Numbered from the stretch's first letter, positions 1 through 11,254 are shown. The stretch is DNA of 64,000 nt from Acidobacteriota bacterium (GCA_022072205.1 JAJVID010000137.1:12331-76330); one strand, 5' to 3'. A program made the numbers and translations. The notes: a model not told the origin generated them from the letters alone.

Positions 1-33
1 GGGCGCGGCAATTATACATCCTGGATTCCGGTT

Positions 34-75
34 AGACGCAAAAGCTGAACGAAATCTTTCGCGCCTTTTGCGTCT
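34..75. repeat. Perfect 11-bp inverted repeat (agacgcaaaag / cttttgcgtct, 20-nt loop), hairpin of unknown role upstream of xthA
   Basis: Arms at 34..44 and 65..75 are exact reverse complements. No clean U-tract follows. Confidence 0.3.
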
Positions 76-209
76 CAAAACCTTTTCACATTCGGTTTTA
101 CGAAGCGGATTTTATTGGTTAAAGTTTGGGCCGCGCAAAAATGGGCGCGGCGCGTTAATGCGCAGTTTCGACCGACGACAATTTTTCGACTCAATAACGA
201 TCACCACCT

Positions 210-980
210 ATGAAAATCGCCACCTGGAACGTCAATTCGATAACGGTTCGATTGCCGCAGGCTCTGGACTGGATCGAAGCCAATCGCCCTGATGCGCTCT
301 GTCTGCAGGAAACGAAATGCGTTGACGAGAAATTCCCTTTCGACGCGTTTCGTGAAATCGGTTATTCGGCGGAAGTCTTCGGACAGCGCACCTACAACGG
401 CGTCGCGATTCTTTCGCTCTCGCCTGCGACCGGCGCGCAACGCGGAATGCCGGACGACGACGCTGACGCGCAAAAACGGCTGATCGCCGCGACAGTCAAC
501 GGCGTCAAGATCGTCAACGTTTACATCCCGAATGGCGGCGAAGTGGGATCGGACAAATATCAGTTCAAGCTGGAATGGTTGAGCCGGCTGCGCAAATTCC
601 TCGATCAGAGTTGCGACGCGCGGCGACCGCTCGTGCTGTGCGGCGATTTCAACGTCGCGCCCGAAGACCGGGACGTTCACGATCCGGACTTGTGGGCCGG
701 GAAAATCCTGTGCAGCGAGCCGGAGCGCGCAGCGTTGCAGAACGTCCGCGAGTGGGGATTGATTGACGTCTTCCGAAAGCATCACGAAGAGAGCGGGCTT
801 TTTTCGTGGTGGGATTACCGCGCGGGCGCGTTCCCGCGCAATCACGGATTGAGGATTGATCATCTGTGGGCGACCGCGCCGCTGGCCGAAAAATGCGCCG
901 ACGCGTGGATTGATAAAACACCGCGCGCGCTGCCGAAACCTTCGGATCACGTTCCCGTAATGGCCGAGTTCGTGATCTGA
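210..980 (+). CDS. xthA: Exodeoxyribonuclease III / AP endonuclease (EEP fold)
   Basis: 256-aa [13 protein letters not shown]...ALCLQETK N-terminus, [11 protein letters not shown] and C-terminal SDHVPV are typical ExoIII-family motifs. Confidence 0.9.
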   Translation: MKIATWNVNSITVRLPQALDWIEANRPDALCLQETKCVDEKFPFDAFREIGYSAEVFGQRTYNGVAILSLSPATGAQRGMPDDDADAQKRLIAATVNGVKIVNVYIPNGGEVGSDKYQFKLEWLSRLRKFLDQSCDARRPLVLCGDFNVAPEDRDVHDPDLWAGKILCSEPERAALQNVREWGLIDVFRKHHEESGLFSWWDYRAGAFPRNHGLRIDHLWATAPLAEKCADAWIDKTPRALPKPSDHVPVMAEFVI

Positions 981-1003
981 TGTTAGCCTGAAGAGGGGAA
1001 GAG

Positions 1004-1222
1004 ATGATGGAGATCGAATGTATGTGCGAGAAATTCGAGCGGCTGGAAGGCGTGGCGGTTCAGGATTACATCGCGCGATTTCTTGAAGAGACCGGCGCGG
1101 ACGAAGAAACGGGCAAGACCTATTACGCCTGTAGAATCTGCGGCGCGCCGTGGACGCGTGAGATGGATGAAAGCCGTCGCAAACCTTTCCTGGTGCGGAT
1201 GGAAACAGAGTTCAATGTTTAA
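1004..1222 (+). CDS. Small hypothetical protein with Cys pairs (CMC ... CRIC), possible zinc ribbon
   Basis: 72-aa ORF in an otherwise empty gap, same strand as neighbours. No family recognised. Confidence 0.4.
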   Translation: MMEIECMCEKFERLEGVAVQDYIARFLEETGADEETGKTYYACRICGAPWTREMDESRRKPFLVRMETEFNV

Positions 1223-1240
1223 TTCCTGAGGTAAAAATCA

Positions 1241-1438
1241 ATGGCCCTGCAAACGAGGCAAAATCCCGAAACCGGCGCGCTGGAAGTTCTGGTGGACGAC
1301 AAGTGGACTCCGTTTGAAGATTATCGCAAGCGGCAGATTGACGACGCCTACCAGAGTTCGATCAAGTTCCTGCGCGACCGGCTCGGCGAAGATGAAGCCA
1401 GAGAGTTGGAACGGCAATCAACCAAAACCGATAACTGA
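1241..1438 (+). CDS. Small acidic hypothetical protein
   Basis: 65-aa ORF starting 19 nt after the previous ORF. No family recognised. Confidence 0.35.
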   Translation: MALQTRQNPETGALEVLVDDKWTPFEDYRKRQIDDAYQSSIKFLRDRLGEDEARELERQSTKTDN

Positions 1439-1445
1439 TCCCCTT

Positions 1446-3470
1446 ATGAAAAACCCATTTCGATTGGCTCGATTAACGCTACCGGCGTTGCCACTCCTGC
1501 TTGCGCTCGCGCCGTGCGGTTATTTCGCGCAGGAAATTCCCAAAGCCGATCTCCGGCTGACTGAAATCCGCCACCTCGATCTGACCTACGATTTCGCCGG
1601 TTATCGCAGCCGGGAAGAATGGCTTGATCGCGCGGCCCGATTGAAGAAACAGATATTGGTCAGCGCCGGGTTGTGGCCGACTCCGGCGAAAGCGCCGATC
1701 AAAGCCACGATCTTCGGCAAGGTTGATCGCGGCGACCACACCGTCGAAAAGGTCTACTTCGAGAGCTATCCGGGTTTTTACGTCACGGGCAATCTTTACC
1801 GCCCGAAAAACGCGCAAGGCAAACTGCCCGCCGTACTCTGCACACACGGGCATTGGACGTATGGCAGGCTTGAAAATCAGCAATTGAATTCCGTGCCTGC
1901 GCGCGCGGCGAGTTTCGCGCGGCAGGGTTACGTCGCGTTCACTTACGACATGGTCGGCTACAACGACAGCGCCGCCATCAGCCATCGTTTCGCCGCCGGC
2001 CACCGCGAAAACATTGTTGACCGCGAATCTCTGTGGAGCGTCAACCTGCTAGGATTGCAGTTGTGGAACAGCATCCGTTCGATTGATTTCCTGCTCACGC
2101 TGCCCGAAGTTGACGCCGAGCGCATCGCCATCACTGGCGAATCGGGCGGCGGCACTCAGACATTCCTGCTGATGGCGGTTGACGACCGCATCAAGCTGGC
2201 TTCGCCTGTGAACATGGTGTCGTTCCTGATGCAGGGCGGCAGCGTTTGCGAGAACGCGCCGAATCTGCGCATTGACACGAACAACGTCGAGATCGCGTCC
2301 CTGATGGCCCCGCGTCCGATGATGATGGTTTCGGCCACTGGCGATTGGACGAAGAACACGATGACTTCGGAATACCCGGCGGTTCGCGGCATCTACAAAT
2401 TATTCGACGCCGAAGACAAACTCACGGCCATTCAAATAGACGCTCCGCACAATTACAACCAGCCGAGCCGCGAAGCTGTCTACGGCTGGTTCGCTCACTG
2501 GTTTCTGGGCCGGGCCGAAACGACTCCGATCAAAGAGCGCGGCGGCGCGGTCGCGCCGATCAGCGACCTGCTGGTTTTTTTCGGACGGCAGAGGCCGGAG
2601 GGCGAACTCAATGAAGCTCAACTGACTGAAAGCCTGATCGAGGCGAGAAAGAAACAACTGGACGAAGCGCAGCCGCGTGACGAGGCGAGCCTTGAAAGTT
2701 TCCGCGAGCGATTCGGCGAGGCGTTCAGATATTCGCTGATGGCCGAGTTCCCCGCTGCGAAAGACGTCATCGCGGGCGAATCGCAAACAACCAAACTCAT
2801 CGGAGCGCCGAAAGAAGACCTGGTTCTCTCGCGCCGGGGCAAATCAGACAGAGTGCCCGTCACTTTGTACAAACCCGTCATCAAACGTGGCGATTCATTC
2901 GCGCTGCTGGTTGCTTCGGATGACGCTTCGGCGGAAACAAACAACCTGATCGAATCTTTGACCAGAGCCGGGCACGGCGTGCTGCTCGTTCACTGTTTTC
3001 CCGGTGGCCGAAAGATTCCCGACAAAATCAATTTCTTCACCACCTACAACCGGACTGACGCGGCCAACCGGGCGCAGGACATTTTGACTGCGATAGCTTA
3101 TTTGAAAGGCCGGAATCCGGGCGCGCGGTTGAGCGTTGTCGGCCTGGGTCAGGCTGGATTGTGGGCGCTGCTGGCCAGAGGGATCGCGCCAGCGATTGAC
3201 AGGATGGTCGTTGACGCCGCTGAATTCGATTCGTCGAGCGACGAAGCTTTCGTAAAAAGCCTTGGCATTCCCGGCATCCGGCGCGCGGGCGATTTCACGA
3301 CGGCGGTCGCGATTGCGCCGCTCACGCCGCTGCTGATTCATAACGCCGGAAACAAATTCAACGCCGAAAAGATCGAAGCCGTTTACAGGGCTTTCGGAAA
3401 AGCCGGGAGTTTCAAGTCACAACCGGCGAAGCTCAACAACTCCGAACTGGCCGCCTGGCTGTCTAAATAA
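1446..3470 (+). CDS. Secreted two-domain alpha/beta hydrolase (acetyl-xylan-esterase/Abhydrolase_7-like catalytic domain + pseudo-hydrolase domain)
   Basis: ORF 1314..3470 trimmed to ATG 1446, giving a signal-like leader MKNPFRLARLTLPALPLLLALAPC. N-half has the GESGGG nucleophile elbow, SATGDW and APHNYN. The C-half elbow reads GLGQAG, with no Ser. Confidence 0.75.
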   Translation: MKNPFRLARLTLPALPLLLALAPCGYFAQEIPKADLRLTEIRHLDLTYDFAGYRSREEWLDRAARLKKQILVSAGLWPTPAKAPIKATIFGKVDRGDHTVEKVYFESYPGFYVTGNLYRPKNAQGKLPAVLCTHGHWTYGRLENQQLNSVPARAASFARQGYVAFTYDMVGYNDSAAISHRFAAGHRENIVDRESLWSVNLLGLQLWNSIRSIDFLLTLPEVDAERIAITGESGGGTQTFLLMAVDDRIKLASPVNMVSFLMQGGSVCENAPNLRIDTNNVEIASLMAPRPMMMVSATGDWTKNTMTSEYPAVRGIYKLFDAEDKLTAIQIDAPHNYNQPSREAVYGWFAHWFLGRAETTPIKERGGAVAPISDLLVFFGRQRPEGELNEAQLTESLIEARKKQLDEAQPRDEASLESFRERFGEAFRYSLMAEFPAAKDVIAGESQTTKLIGAPKEDLVLSRRGKSDRVPVTLYKPVIKRGDSFALLVASDDASAETNNLIESLTRAGHGVLLVHCFPGGRKIPDKINFFTTYNRTDAANRAQDILTAIAYLKGRNPGARLSVVGLGQAGLWALLARGIAPAIDRMVVDAAEFDSSSDEAFVKSLGIPGIRRAGDFTTAVAIAPLTPLLIHNAGNKFNAEKIEAVYRAFGKAGSFKSQPAKLNNSELAAWLSK

Positions 3471-3491
3471 CAATCACTCAAAAGGAACAAA

Positions 3492-3764
3492 ATGCCTCAA
3501 AACCAAAACCAGAATCTGAACGCCAATTCGCAAACCCTGGTGATTGACACTGAAGAGTTCGCCTTTGAAACCGTCGAGCAACACAACGGCATCGCCACTG
3601 TGGTGAAATTCAAACTCGACAATCCCGATGTCAGGCTCGGCGACGTGCTGTTGATTCTTTCAGGCGCCGACATTCAGTTTCACGGCTTCATCGGCGGGAT
3701 CGAAGACGGCTACGCCATAGCCGCCGACCGCAACGGTTCGACGCTATCGGCGGTGGTTCACTGA
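3492..3764 (+). CDS. Hypothetical protein (N-terminal Q/N-rich)
   Basis: 90-aa ORF with aaaggaacaaaATG upstream. No family recognised. Confidence 0.35.
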   Translation: MPQNQNQNLNANSQTLVIDTEEFAFETVEQHNGIATVVKFKLDNPDVRLGDVLLILSGADIQFHGFIGGIEDGYAIAADRNGSTLSAVVH

Positions 3765-3771
3765 ACACGGA

Positions 3772-4014
3772 TCAACGCGCCATTCCGGCTCCGAAAAATC
3801 CGACCGCCACCGCGAGCAACATGCCCGCTATCCAGACAAAAACCGCTCTGCGATCTATTTTTGCGAAGTTGATTCTGGCCGGAGCCGCATATCCGCGCCA
3901 CCCGCAGGAGGGGCAGCGATAAGGTCTCAATGGGCTGACGTACTTGAGGAACGACTCCCGGAAATTACGCGAGCGCGAGCGGTGCGCATACTCTCCGCAA
4001 CTGGGGCATACCAT
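3772..4014 (-). CDS. Small zinc-ribbon membrane protein
   Basis: 80 aa. Two CxxC pairs (CPSC ... CPSC) followed by one hydrophobic helix (VFVWIAGMLLAVAVGFFGAG). Last gene of the minus-strand PSD1/DUF1501 block. Confidence 0.45.
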   Translation of the reverse strand: MVCPSCGEYAHRSRSRNFRESFLKYVSPLRPYRCPSCGWRGYAAPARINFAKIDRRAVFVWIAGMLLAVAVGFFGAGMAR

Positions 4015-4058
4015 AGTTGTTCTCCAGTGAAGAACTCCTGTGGGGGATAATTCCGGAG

Positions 4059-5504
4059 TTACACAATTTGTTCGATGACTCTTCCGCCAAAATCGGTCAG
4101 CCGTTCGTTCCGACCGTTGTGCAGATAGGTCAGTTTCATCTGATCCAGTCCGAGTAAATGCAGAATCGTCGCGTGAAAATCGCGGGGATGATAACGTTCA
4201 CCGACGGTTTTGAATCCGATCTCATCCGTTTGGCCGACAGCCTGGCCGCCTTTGACGCCGCCGCCAGCCATCCACATCGTGAACGCGGTCGGATTGTGAT
4301 CGCGGCCTTTGCCGTTTTCTGAAACCGGCGTGCGCCCGAATTCGGTCGCCCAGACGACCAGCGTTGAATCGAGCAATCCGCGCCCTTTCAAATCCTTCAA
4401 CAAACCGGCGATGGGTTTATCGGTCCACCGGCACATCTTTTCGTGGTTCGTGACCATGTCGTCGTGCGCGTCCCATTGCACAGCCACAGGGCCGCCGCCG
4501 GAAAAAAGTTGAACGAACCGCACGCCGCGTTCGACCAGACGCCGCGCCAGCAAACATCGCCCGCCGAATTCCGAAGTCTGCGGATCGTCGAGGCCATAAA
4601 GATTCTTCGTCTCTTTGCTCTCCCTGCTCATGTCCACAGCTTCTGGCGCGTGCTGTTGCATTCTGAATGCAAGTTCGTATGAAGAGATGCGCGCGGCAAG
4701 CTCCGTATCATCCTCTTTCATTGACGCCTCGTTCATGCGCCGCATGAAATCGAGCATCCGCCGTTGTTGATCTCCGCCGATCTCTTTCTGCGAAGCCAGG
4801 TGCAGGATCGGCGTCGCCCCGCTTCGCAAGACCGTCCCCTGATAAACCGTCGGCAGGAAGCTGGCGCCCCACATCGGCGATCCGCCTTCGGGCAGACCTT
4901 CAGGCTGCGTCATCACGCAGTAAGCCGGCAGATTCTCGCTCACGCTTCCAAGTCCGTAAGTCACCCAACTGCCCAGGCTCGGATGCGACGGCAGCACGCG
5001 ACCGCACATCATCTGGTACATCGCTGGCGCGTGAACGAAGCTTTCGGTGTAGCACGAACGGATGAACGCGATGTCGTCAACGCACGCGGCAAGATGCGGA
5101 AACAGGTCGGAGACTTCGATGCCCGATTGACCGTACTTTTTGAACTTCCACGCGCTGCCCATCAACGGCGTGCCGGCTTTGACGAACTGGCTTTTGACTT
5201 CGCCGAAGCTGGACGGCATCTGCTGCCCGTGAAGTTTATCGAGCGTAGGCTTCGGATCGAACGTCTCAATGTGACTCGGCCCGCCGACCATGTACAAAAA
5301 GATCACGGCTTTGGCCTTCGGCGCGAAATGCGGCTGTTTGGGCGCGAGCGGGTTAAGCAGCTTTCGCTCCTGCGCGCCCTCTGACGCTTTCGCGTCGCGC
5401 GCCAGCAAATATGAAAGCGCAAGCGAGCCGAAACCGTTGGCCGCGTGGGACAGAAAACGCCTGCGCGATGTAGCGAATGGGAAGTGATTATCGGGTGAAT
5501 TCAT
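4059..5504 (-). CDS. DUF1501 domain protein (sulfatase/alkaline-phosphatase-like, Tat-exported)
   Basis: 481 aa. Twin-arginine leader [19 protein letters not shown]. The body resembles the DUF1501 family, which normally partners PSD1/DUF1553 genes. Confidence 0.85.
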   Translation of the reverse strand: MNSPDNHFPFATSRRRFLSHAANGFGSLALSYLLARDAKASEGAQERKLLNPLAPKQPHFAPKAKAVIFLYMVGGPSHIETFDPKPTLDKLHGQQMPSSFGEVKSQFVKAGTPLMGSAWKFKKYGQSGIEVSDLFPHLAACVDDIAFIRSCYTESFVHAPAMYQMMCGRVLPSHPSLGSWVTYGLGSVSENLPAYCVMTQPEGLPEGGSPMWGASFLPTVYQGTVLRSGATPILHLASQKEIGGDQQRRMLDFMRRMNEASMKEDDTELAARISSYELAFRMQQHAPEAVDMSRESKETKNLYGLDDPQTSEFGGRCLLARRLVERGVRFVQLFSGGGPVAVQWDAHDDMVTNHEKMCRWTDKPIAGLLKDLKGRGLLDSTLVVWATEFGRTPVSENGKGRDHNPTAFTMWMAGGGVKGGQAVGQTDEIGFKTVGERYHPRDFHATILHLLGLDQMKLTYLHNGRNERLTDFGGRVIEQIV

Positions 5505-5520
5505 ATTGCCCTTCGCCGTG

Positions 5521-6441
5521 TTACGGACGATGCTTTTCCAACCAGATGGTCAGATCGCCCACAGACTTGAATTCGAGCAGCGCCTCGCTCAATTGATCAA
5601 GTTCCGGCAAGGAGAGAGCCGGCAGCGCCGCAAGCGCCTCGGCTGGAATTACGCCGAAGCGATGAGTGAGTTGCCGCTTGATAATCGCAAGCCGCCCTAG
5701 CTGCTCGCCAAGCTGCTCGCCTATCTGAATACCGCGCTGCTCGCCAAGCTGCTCGCCTATCTGAATACCGCGCTGCTCGCCAAGCTGCTCGCCTTCTTTC
5801 AAAATCTCACGATAGATAACCGATTGCATCATAATTTCCCTCCGAAAAAGGCGGCGCACCAGGTTTCTATCAAACCGCAGTCCCGCCAGAATTCCCGCCG
5901 CCGCTGTCAGATCGCTGCGTTGGCTCTCATCCGCTATTTTACTCACTTTCTCAGCCACTTCCATCAGCAGTCGCTCAGGCTGTTCGGCGCGGGCCAGGAC
6001 GGCCAACGGCCATAGCCCTTCGTGCGCCAGCAGCGGCTCCGGGTCTTGCTCCCACATCCTGATCACGCGATAGCGATGCCGGGTGTCGCCGACGTGAAAC
6101 TCCTCGGGGATATGCGCTCCGGTTTCAGCCAAGACGATGACTGCCTGGCGGACAAGCTTGCGCTCGCGCCGATACACGCGCACGAAATAATCGAGCATCC
6201 GCAAATCAAGCGGCGGCTCGCTGTCGCTTGGGTCCGTCTCGAATTCGATGTGCAGAATCTCTTCTTCTGTCTCGATCAGATAGACTGAATCGGCGCGAAT
6301 CGGCTGCAATGAAAGCTCCGTCTTCAGCAACCGCACGCGGGCCACCGGCCTGCCGAGCAACCACGTGGCGAGAGCCGCCGGGTAATGCTCGGCCAGATAC
6401 TTCAATAAATTGTCATACTCGTGCGATTGCGCCATCCTCAT
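5521..6441 (-). CDS. Rpn/YhgA-like PD-(D/E)XK nuclease family protein with DUF4351-like C-terminus
   Basis: Motifs [23 protein letters not shown] ... [11 protein letters not shown] match the D..(hiEFQ)..R..Y pattern of this family. The start was chosen at the ATG overlapping the upstream TGA (ATGA); ATG 6435 is an alternative. Confidence 0.7.
   Translation of the reverse strand: MRMAQSHEYDNLLKYLAEHYPAALATWLLGRPVARVRLLKTELSLQPIRADSVYLIETEEEILHIEFETDPSDSEPPLDLRMLDYFVRVYRRERKLVRQAVIVLAETGAHIPEEFHVGDTRHRYRVIRMWEQDPEPLLAHEGLWPLAVLARAEQPERLLMEVAEKVSKIADESQRSDLTAAAGILAGLRFDRNLVRRLFRREIMMQSVIYREILKEGEQLGEQRGIQIGEQLGEQRGIQIGEQLGEQLGRLAIIKRQLTHRFGVIPAEALAALPALSLPELDQLSEALLEFKSVGDLTIWLEKHRP
5701..5793. 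repeat. Perfect 36-bp tandem repeat, about 2.6 copies, inside the Rpn-like CDS
   Basis: ctgctcgccaagctgctcgcctatctgaataccgcg occurs at 5701..5736 and 5737..5772, then 21 nt of a third copy. It encodes ([12 protein letters not shown])n on the minus strand. Confidence 0.9.
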
Positions 6442-9074
6442 CTCACGTAAACGAACTCGTTCAAATTCATCGTCGCCAGGCACAGATCAACCCAGGCCGC
6501 CGCAACCGCTTCATCAACACTCTTCGGCAAATCTTTCGGCTTCGACACAGCTTCGCCGCGCGCGGCTCGGTCACGAATGATCGCGGCCTGGCCTTTCAAA
6601 AAATCCTGCGTCAATCGCAATTCCTCTGGCTGCGGTTTGCGGGCAAGCGCGAGTTCGTAGAGCCGCACGATCATCGCGCGCTCATCGCCGCCCGCTTCTT
6701 TGAACAATCGTTCGGCGAGCGCCTGACTCTGCCGCAGCATGAATTCGCTGTTCATCAGCGTCAGCGATTGCAGCGCATGGACGCTGACCAATCGCGCTCC
6801 GCACGCGCTCATCAAATCAGGCGCGTCGAACGCCACCAGCATCGGCAGCCGCACGTTGCGCTTGTGAATCAGATAAAGGCTGCGGCGCGCGTGTTGGCGC
6901 GGGTCGGGGTGCGCGGGCCACAAATTGTCCGGCTCGTGTTCGGTGAAAATCATGTCGTAGACTTCGGGTTCCAATGGAACTTTGATCGAAGGCCCTCCCA
7001 ACTGCTCGTTCAACTGGCCGTTGACCGCGAGCACGGCGTCTCGGATCGCCTCGGCGTCCAGCCGCTGCCGGTTCATTCGCCACAACAATTTATTGTCGGG
7101 ATCAATCTTCGCTTTCGCATCGTCAACCGTTGACGATTGCTGATAAGCGTTCGACGAGACCATCAGCTCGTGCATCCGTTTCAGGCTCCAGCCTCGCTCG
7201 ACAAATTCCGCGGCGAGCCAATCGAGCAATTCTGGATGCGTGGGTTGCTGCCCGTTGCGCCCGAAATCGTTCGGCGTGGCGACGATGCCGCGCCCAAAGT
7301 GGTAATGCCACAGGCGGTTCACCATCACGCGCGCGGTCAGCGGGTTGTCCGGCTGCGCGAGCCAGCGAGCAAGCGCCAGCCTGCGCCCGGACGATTTGAA
7401 TTCGCCGCTCTGAACCGGCTCAATCTCCAACTTCAACGGCGCGTCCTTCGGCAGCGCCACGCTCAGAAATCGCGGGAGGACTTCATCGCCGAGGCGATGC
7501 GGATCGCCGCCTCTCAGAACATGCATCGGCGGAATCGGGCTGAGCGTGTCGGCTACGGCCAGAGCTTTCGGCAAAGGATCGGGGGCATACAATTCGATGT
7601 TGTGCATCTGCCGGCGCAGCGCGGCGCGCTTCTCGCGGTCTTCGCGCGAGAGCGATGCGACCAGTTCGTCCCACTTGATCTCCAGCATCCGTCGCGCGTC
7701 TTTAGCCAGGCGCTTCTCTTCATCGTTGCGCAGCCTGTCTTCTTTGGCCAGAGCGTTGGCGTATTGCGGCTCCAACTTCGCGCGCTTCGCCTCGGTCAAT
7801 TTCTCGTTGTACGGTTTTTCAATCGCCGCGATCTGATCGAGGAACGGCTTGAGTTTCGCTTTGTACGCTTTAGCCGCCGTCTCGTAAGCCTGCTCCTGCT
7901 CTTTTGTCGGACGTTTGTAGTCGTAATTGTCCGACGCGGCGAAAAACGCTTGCAGGCGATAGAAGTCGGCCTGTGGGATCGGATCGAACTTGTGATCGTG
8001 GCAACGCGCGCAGCCGACGGTCAAACCCATAATCCCGTTGCCCACGCCGAACATCACTTCGGTCAGCCACTCCTGCCGGTTGACGGCCAAATCCTGATTG
8101 CCCGCGACCACGTGTTGCGGTCCCACTCGCAAAAAGCCTGTCGCTACGCGCATCTCGAAGCTGTTCGGGTCTAGTTCGTCGCCCGCGATCTGTTCAACAA
8201 TGAACCGGTCGTAAGGCTTGTCGTCGTTGAGCGATTTGACGACGTAATCTCGATAGCGCCACGCCTGCTCGCGTTCGGCGTCAAGCTCGAAGCCGTTCGT
8301 CTCGCCGAAGCGCACGACATCCAGCCAATGTTGCGCCCAACGCTCGCCGTATCGCGGGCTGGCCAGCAACCGCTTCACGACTTTTTCGTAAGCCTGCGGC
8401 GATTTGTCGGCGATGAAAGAGTTGATCTCTTCAGGCGCCGGCGGCAGCCCGGTCAAATCGAACGTCACGCGGCGAATCAGCGCGCGTTTGTCGGCGCGCG
8501 GCGATGGCGCGAGACCTTTCTCTTCGAGCCTCGCCAGAACGAATGCGTCAATCGGCGTGCGAACCCACGATTGATTTTTGACCGCTGGAATTGGCGGACG
8601 CGCGGGTTTGCGGAACGCCCAGTAGCCGCGCTGCTCGTCGCTGATCGGCTTCAGAGGGGCCAGCGTCGCAGCCGCCTGCGTCAGCTTCAGATCGCTCGGC
8701 CAGACCGCGCCTTTGTCTATCCACTGCTTCAAAATTTCGATCTGATAATCTGAAAGCTCTTCGCCCATCGGCATTCGCGGTTTCTCTTCGCCGGCGATGA
8801 AGCGATAAAGCAGGCTCTCTTCGGCATCGCCGGGGTTGATGGCCGGGCCGCGCGATCCGCCTTTCAACAAACCTTCGCGCGTTCGCGCGTCCAGGCCCGA
8901 CTCTTTGTCCTTGCCGTGACACACGACGCAGCGCGTCTGCAAAATGGAAACGGCCTGCTGGGCAAGCTGTCCATGGCCTTGTTCAATCGAATCCGCCGCG
9001 CGAGAAGAGCGCACGGCCAAAACAGCCAGGCCGGCGAAAATGATGATGAGTTTGATCAGCCGATTTCGTCTCAT
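6438..9074 (-). CDS. PSD1 / planctomycete cytochrome c domain protein with DUF1549 and DUF1553 regions
   Basis: 878 aa. Signal peptide, CVVCHG heme-c motif near the N-terminus, and [13 protein letters not shown] typical of DUF1549/DUF1553 proteins. Confidence 0.85.
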   Translation of the reverse strand: MRRNRLIKLIIIFAGLAVLAVRSSRAADSIEQGHGQLAQQAVSILQTRCVVCHGKDKESGLDARTREGLLKGGSRGPAINPGDAEESLLYRFIAGEEKPRMPMGEELSDYQIEILKQWIDKGAVWPSDLKLTQAAATLAPLKPISDEQRGYWAFRKPARPPIPAVKNQSWVRTPIDAFVLARLEEKGLAPSPRADKRALIRRVTFDLTGLPPAPEEINSFIADKSPQAYEKVVKRLLASPRYGERWAQHWLDVVRFGETNGFELDAEREQAWRYRDYVVKSLNDDKPYDRFIVEQIAGDELDPNSFEMRVATGFLRVGPQHVVAGNQDLAVNRQEWLTEVMFGVGNGIMGLTVGCARCHDHKFDPIPQADFYRLQAFFAASDNYDYKRPTKEQEQAYETAAKAYKAKLKPFLDQIAAIEKPYNEKLTEAKRAKLEPQYANALAKEDRLRNDEEKRLAKDARRMLEIKWDELVASLSREDREKRAALRRQMHNIELYAPDPLPKALAVADTLSPIPPMHVLRGGDPHRLGDEVLPRFLSVALPKDAPLKLEIEPVQSGEFKSSGRRLALARWLAQPDNPLTARVMVNRLWHYHFGRGIVATPNDFGRNGQQPTHPELLDWLAAEFVERGWSLKRMHELMVSSNAYQQSSTVDDAKAKIDPDNKLLWRMNRQRLDAEAIRDAVLAVNGQLNEQLGGPSIKVPLEPEVYDMIFTEHEPDNLWPAHPDPRQHARRSLYLIHKRNVRLPMLVAFDAPDLMSACGARLVSVHALQSLTLMNSEFMLRQSQALAERLFKEAGGDERAMIVRLYELALARKPQPEELRLTQDFLKGQAAIIRDRAARGEAVSKPKDLPKSVDEAVAAAWVDLCLATMNLNEFVYVR

Positions 9075-9258
9075 TGCGGTAACGGGCGTCTTTTCAAGTT
9101 GACCTTGAAACTATGAATCGGTCTTCGCGTATTGTGGAAAGTTCGGGATTTACGGGTTGATTGCGTGCGAATGCTAGTTTGGATTTTGGGATAGATCAAG
9201 CAAATCAGGCGCCAGCTCCAGAGCTTTTGCAAAGTCGGTTGTGGCCTCGCTTATAAAC

Positions 9259-9370
9259 TAAAACCTATTACCGAACGCCTACAACCTATTAACCTTTCCT
9301 CCGAAGCGTCATCTGATTGAGCCATCGAAGAAAAAATTTATAGGTTGTAGGTTGTGGGTCTTGGGTTTTA
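9259..9370. repeat. Inverted arrays of heptanucleotide units (TAAAACC TATTACC GAACGCC TACAACC ... GGTTGTA GGTTGTG GGTCTTG GGTTTTA)
   Basis: Four 7-nt units per arm. The outermost and innermost units are exact reverse complements. The element starts 36 nt downstream of the ABC transporter stop codon. Confidence 0.6.
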
Positions 9371-9405
9371 GCCCCTCCCTGACGGCTTTGCAGAAGCCCA
9401 GGGCG

Positions 9406-11244
9406 TCAGCTCGCGGCCAGTTCTTCTTCCAGCAACTGCCGCTCGTACAGATCGGCGTAGGCTCCGCCGATCCGCATCAACTCTTCGTGCGAGCCTTGTT
9501 CGACAATCCGGCCATGATCGAGCACGCAGATCAGGTCGGCGTCTTTGACCGTCGAGATTCTGTGCGCGACGATCAACGTCGTGCGCGAGCGCATCACACC
9601 GCGCAGCCGCGAAAGAATTTTCTCTTCGGTGTAAGTGTCAACCGCCGAAAGCGAATCGTCGAGGATCATGATCTTCGGCTCGCGGATGATGGCGCGCGCA
9701 ATCGCCGCTCGCTGCTTCTGCCCGCCCGACAGCGTGATGCCGCGCTCGCCCAAAATGGTCTGATACTTGTGCTGGAACTCGTTCACGTCATCGGCCAACC
9801 CGGCGACATCGGCGGCCTGTTCGATCTTTTTCTCAAGGTCGCTGCGCCCGTTGTGAATTCCAAAAGCGATGTTTTCGGCCAGCGTCTCGCTGAACAGGAA
9901 TGTTTCCTGCGGCACGTAGCCGATGTTTTCGCGCAACGGCTTGAGCGGGATTTCCCGGATCGGCTTGTCGTCAATCAAAACCATTCCCGGTTCGGCGTCG
10001 AGCAATCGCGGAATCAAATTCATCAGCGTTGACTTGCCGGCGCCGGTGCGCCCGATGAACGCCACGGTCTGCCCTGGTTCGATCACCAGATTGATGTCCC
10101 GCAAAATCGGCGGCGATTCGGGCGCATAGCGGAACGTCAGATCACGGAATTCGATTTTCCCTCTCAACTCTCCCGCGCCCACACTCTCCCACTCTCCCGC
10201 TCTCAACTTCGCCGCGTCCGCAATCGCCGGCTCGATCCGCATGATCTCGCTCATTCGTTTCAGGCTCGCCGTTCCGCGCTGCACAAGGTTGGTCACGAAG
10301 CCCATGGCGATCAGCGGCCAGATCAGTTGCTCAAGGTAAAGATTGAAAGCCGTGAATTCGCCAATGGTCATGCGCCCGCGAGCGGTTTCATATCCGCCGA
10401 TCAGCAGGATCGCAGCGAATCCAAGCCCGATGAAAAACTGCATCAGCGGGCGAAAAACCGCCGACAGCTTCACCAGGTTCAGGTTGCGATCAACGTATTG
10501 CTGGTTGAGCCGCGCGAACTCTTTTTTCTCGGCCTCTTCCTGGGCGAACGCTCGGACGACGCGCACGCCGGTCAGGTTCTCCTGCGCGCGCGCGGTGATT
10601 TCGGAGAAGAACTCCTGGATCTTTTCAAACCGGACGTGAATCTGATGGCCGAAATATTTCACGGTCAGCGTCACCAGCGGCATCGTCAGCAACATGATCA
10701 AAGTCAGCTTGACGCTGATTTGAAACATCAACGGCAGGATGATCAGCACGCGGAAGAGCGTCTGTTCGCTGTACATGATCGCAGGGCCGACGATCTGCCG
10801 AACCGCGCTCAGATCGTTTGTCGCGCGCGCCATCAAATCGCCCGTGCGGCGCTGCTGAAAAAACTGGAGCGGGAGTTTTTGCAGGTGGCCGTAAAAATCC
10901 TGCCGCAAATCGTATTCGATGTAACGCGACATGTTGATCAACGTGCGCCGTTGCAGGAAGAGAAAGACGCCGCTGAGGATTTGCGCGCCGACTATCAACG
11001 CGACGAACTTCATCAGCCCGCCGCCAGTCGCGCCGGATGAAGTAAGGTAATCAATCGCCGCTCCCGTGTAACGCGGCGTGAAGACGCCGAGCGTGACCGA
11101 GACCAACACGAAGAATGTGCCCGCGACCAGCCGCCACCGGTATTTTTTCAGATAGAAGATGAGCCATGCGCGCCCCGACGCGAAGTCGGATGCAGGCTCC
11201 GAAGTGGTTGCGTATGCGGACGCGGATTTGTTTTGATCGCTCAA
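9406..11244 (-). CDS. ABC transporter, fused permease/ATPase (MsbA-like exporter)
   Basis: 612 aa. N-terminal multi-TM domain, Walker [10 protein letters not shown], signature LSGGQKQR, Walker B IMILDD. Confidence 0.9.
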   Translation of the reverse strand: MSDQNKSASAYATTSEPASDFASGRAWLIFYLKKYRWRLVAGTFFVLVSVTLGVFTPRYTGAAIDYLTSSGATGGGLMKFVALIVGAQILSGVFLFLQRRTLINMSRYIEYDLRQDFYGHLQKLPLQFFQQRRTGDLMARATNDLSAVRQIVGPAIMYSEQTLFRVLIILPLMFQISVKLTLIMLLTMPLVTLTVKYFGHQIHVRFEKIQEFFSEITARAQENLTGVRVVRAFAQEEAEKKEFARLNQQYVDRNLNLVKLSAVFRPLMQFFIGLGFAAILLIGGYETARGRMTIGEFTAFNLYLEQLIWPLIAMGFVTNLVQRGTASLKRMSEIMRIEPAIADAAKLRAGEWESVGAGELRGKIEFRDLTFRYAPESPPILRDINLVIEPGQTVAFIGRTGAGKSTLMNLIPRLLDAEPGMVLIDDKPIREIPLKPLRENIGYVPQETFLFSETLAENIAFGIHNGRSDLEKKIEQAADVAGLADDVNEFQHKYQTILGERGITLSGGQKQRAAIARAIIREPKIMILDDSLSAVDTYTEEKILSRLRGVMRSRTTLIVAHRISTVKDADLICVLDHGRIVEQGSHEELMRIGGAYADLYERQLLEEELAAS

Positions 11245-11254
11245 GACCTGACCT

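Noticed and set aside
201-950. Long antisense ORFs opposite real genes. Examples: 201..950 (-), 7137..8174 (+), 11536..12372 (-), 20281..21588 (+), 21616..23040 (+), 23220..24692 (+), 25645..26823 (+), 41244..42329 (-), 44959..46041 (-), 50052..51176 (-), 57565..58929 (-).
   Set aside because: Their translations are R/A/G/P-rich and low-complexity with no recognisable motifs. They fully overlap ORFs with clear family signatures. This is typical shadow-ORF behaviour in GC-rich DNA.
1314-1445. N-terminal extensions of track ORFs (1314, 29135, 35207, 36576 and 59422 starts).
   Set aside because: The extensions overlap neighbouring genes or lack an RBS. Internal ATGs (1446, 28988, 35045, 36630, 59503) give canonical signal or Tat leaders directly at the N-terminus.
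5521-6441. Calling the Rpn-like gene an active IS or transposon.
   Set aside because: There are no terminal inverted repeats or target-site duplications. The gene is translationally coupled within an operon. The family is only loosely 'transposase-like'.
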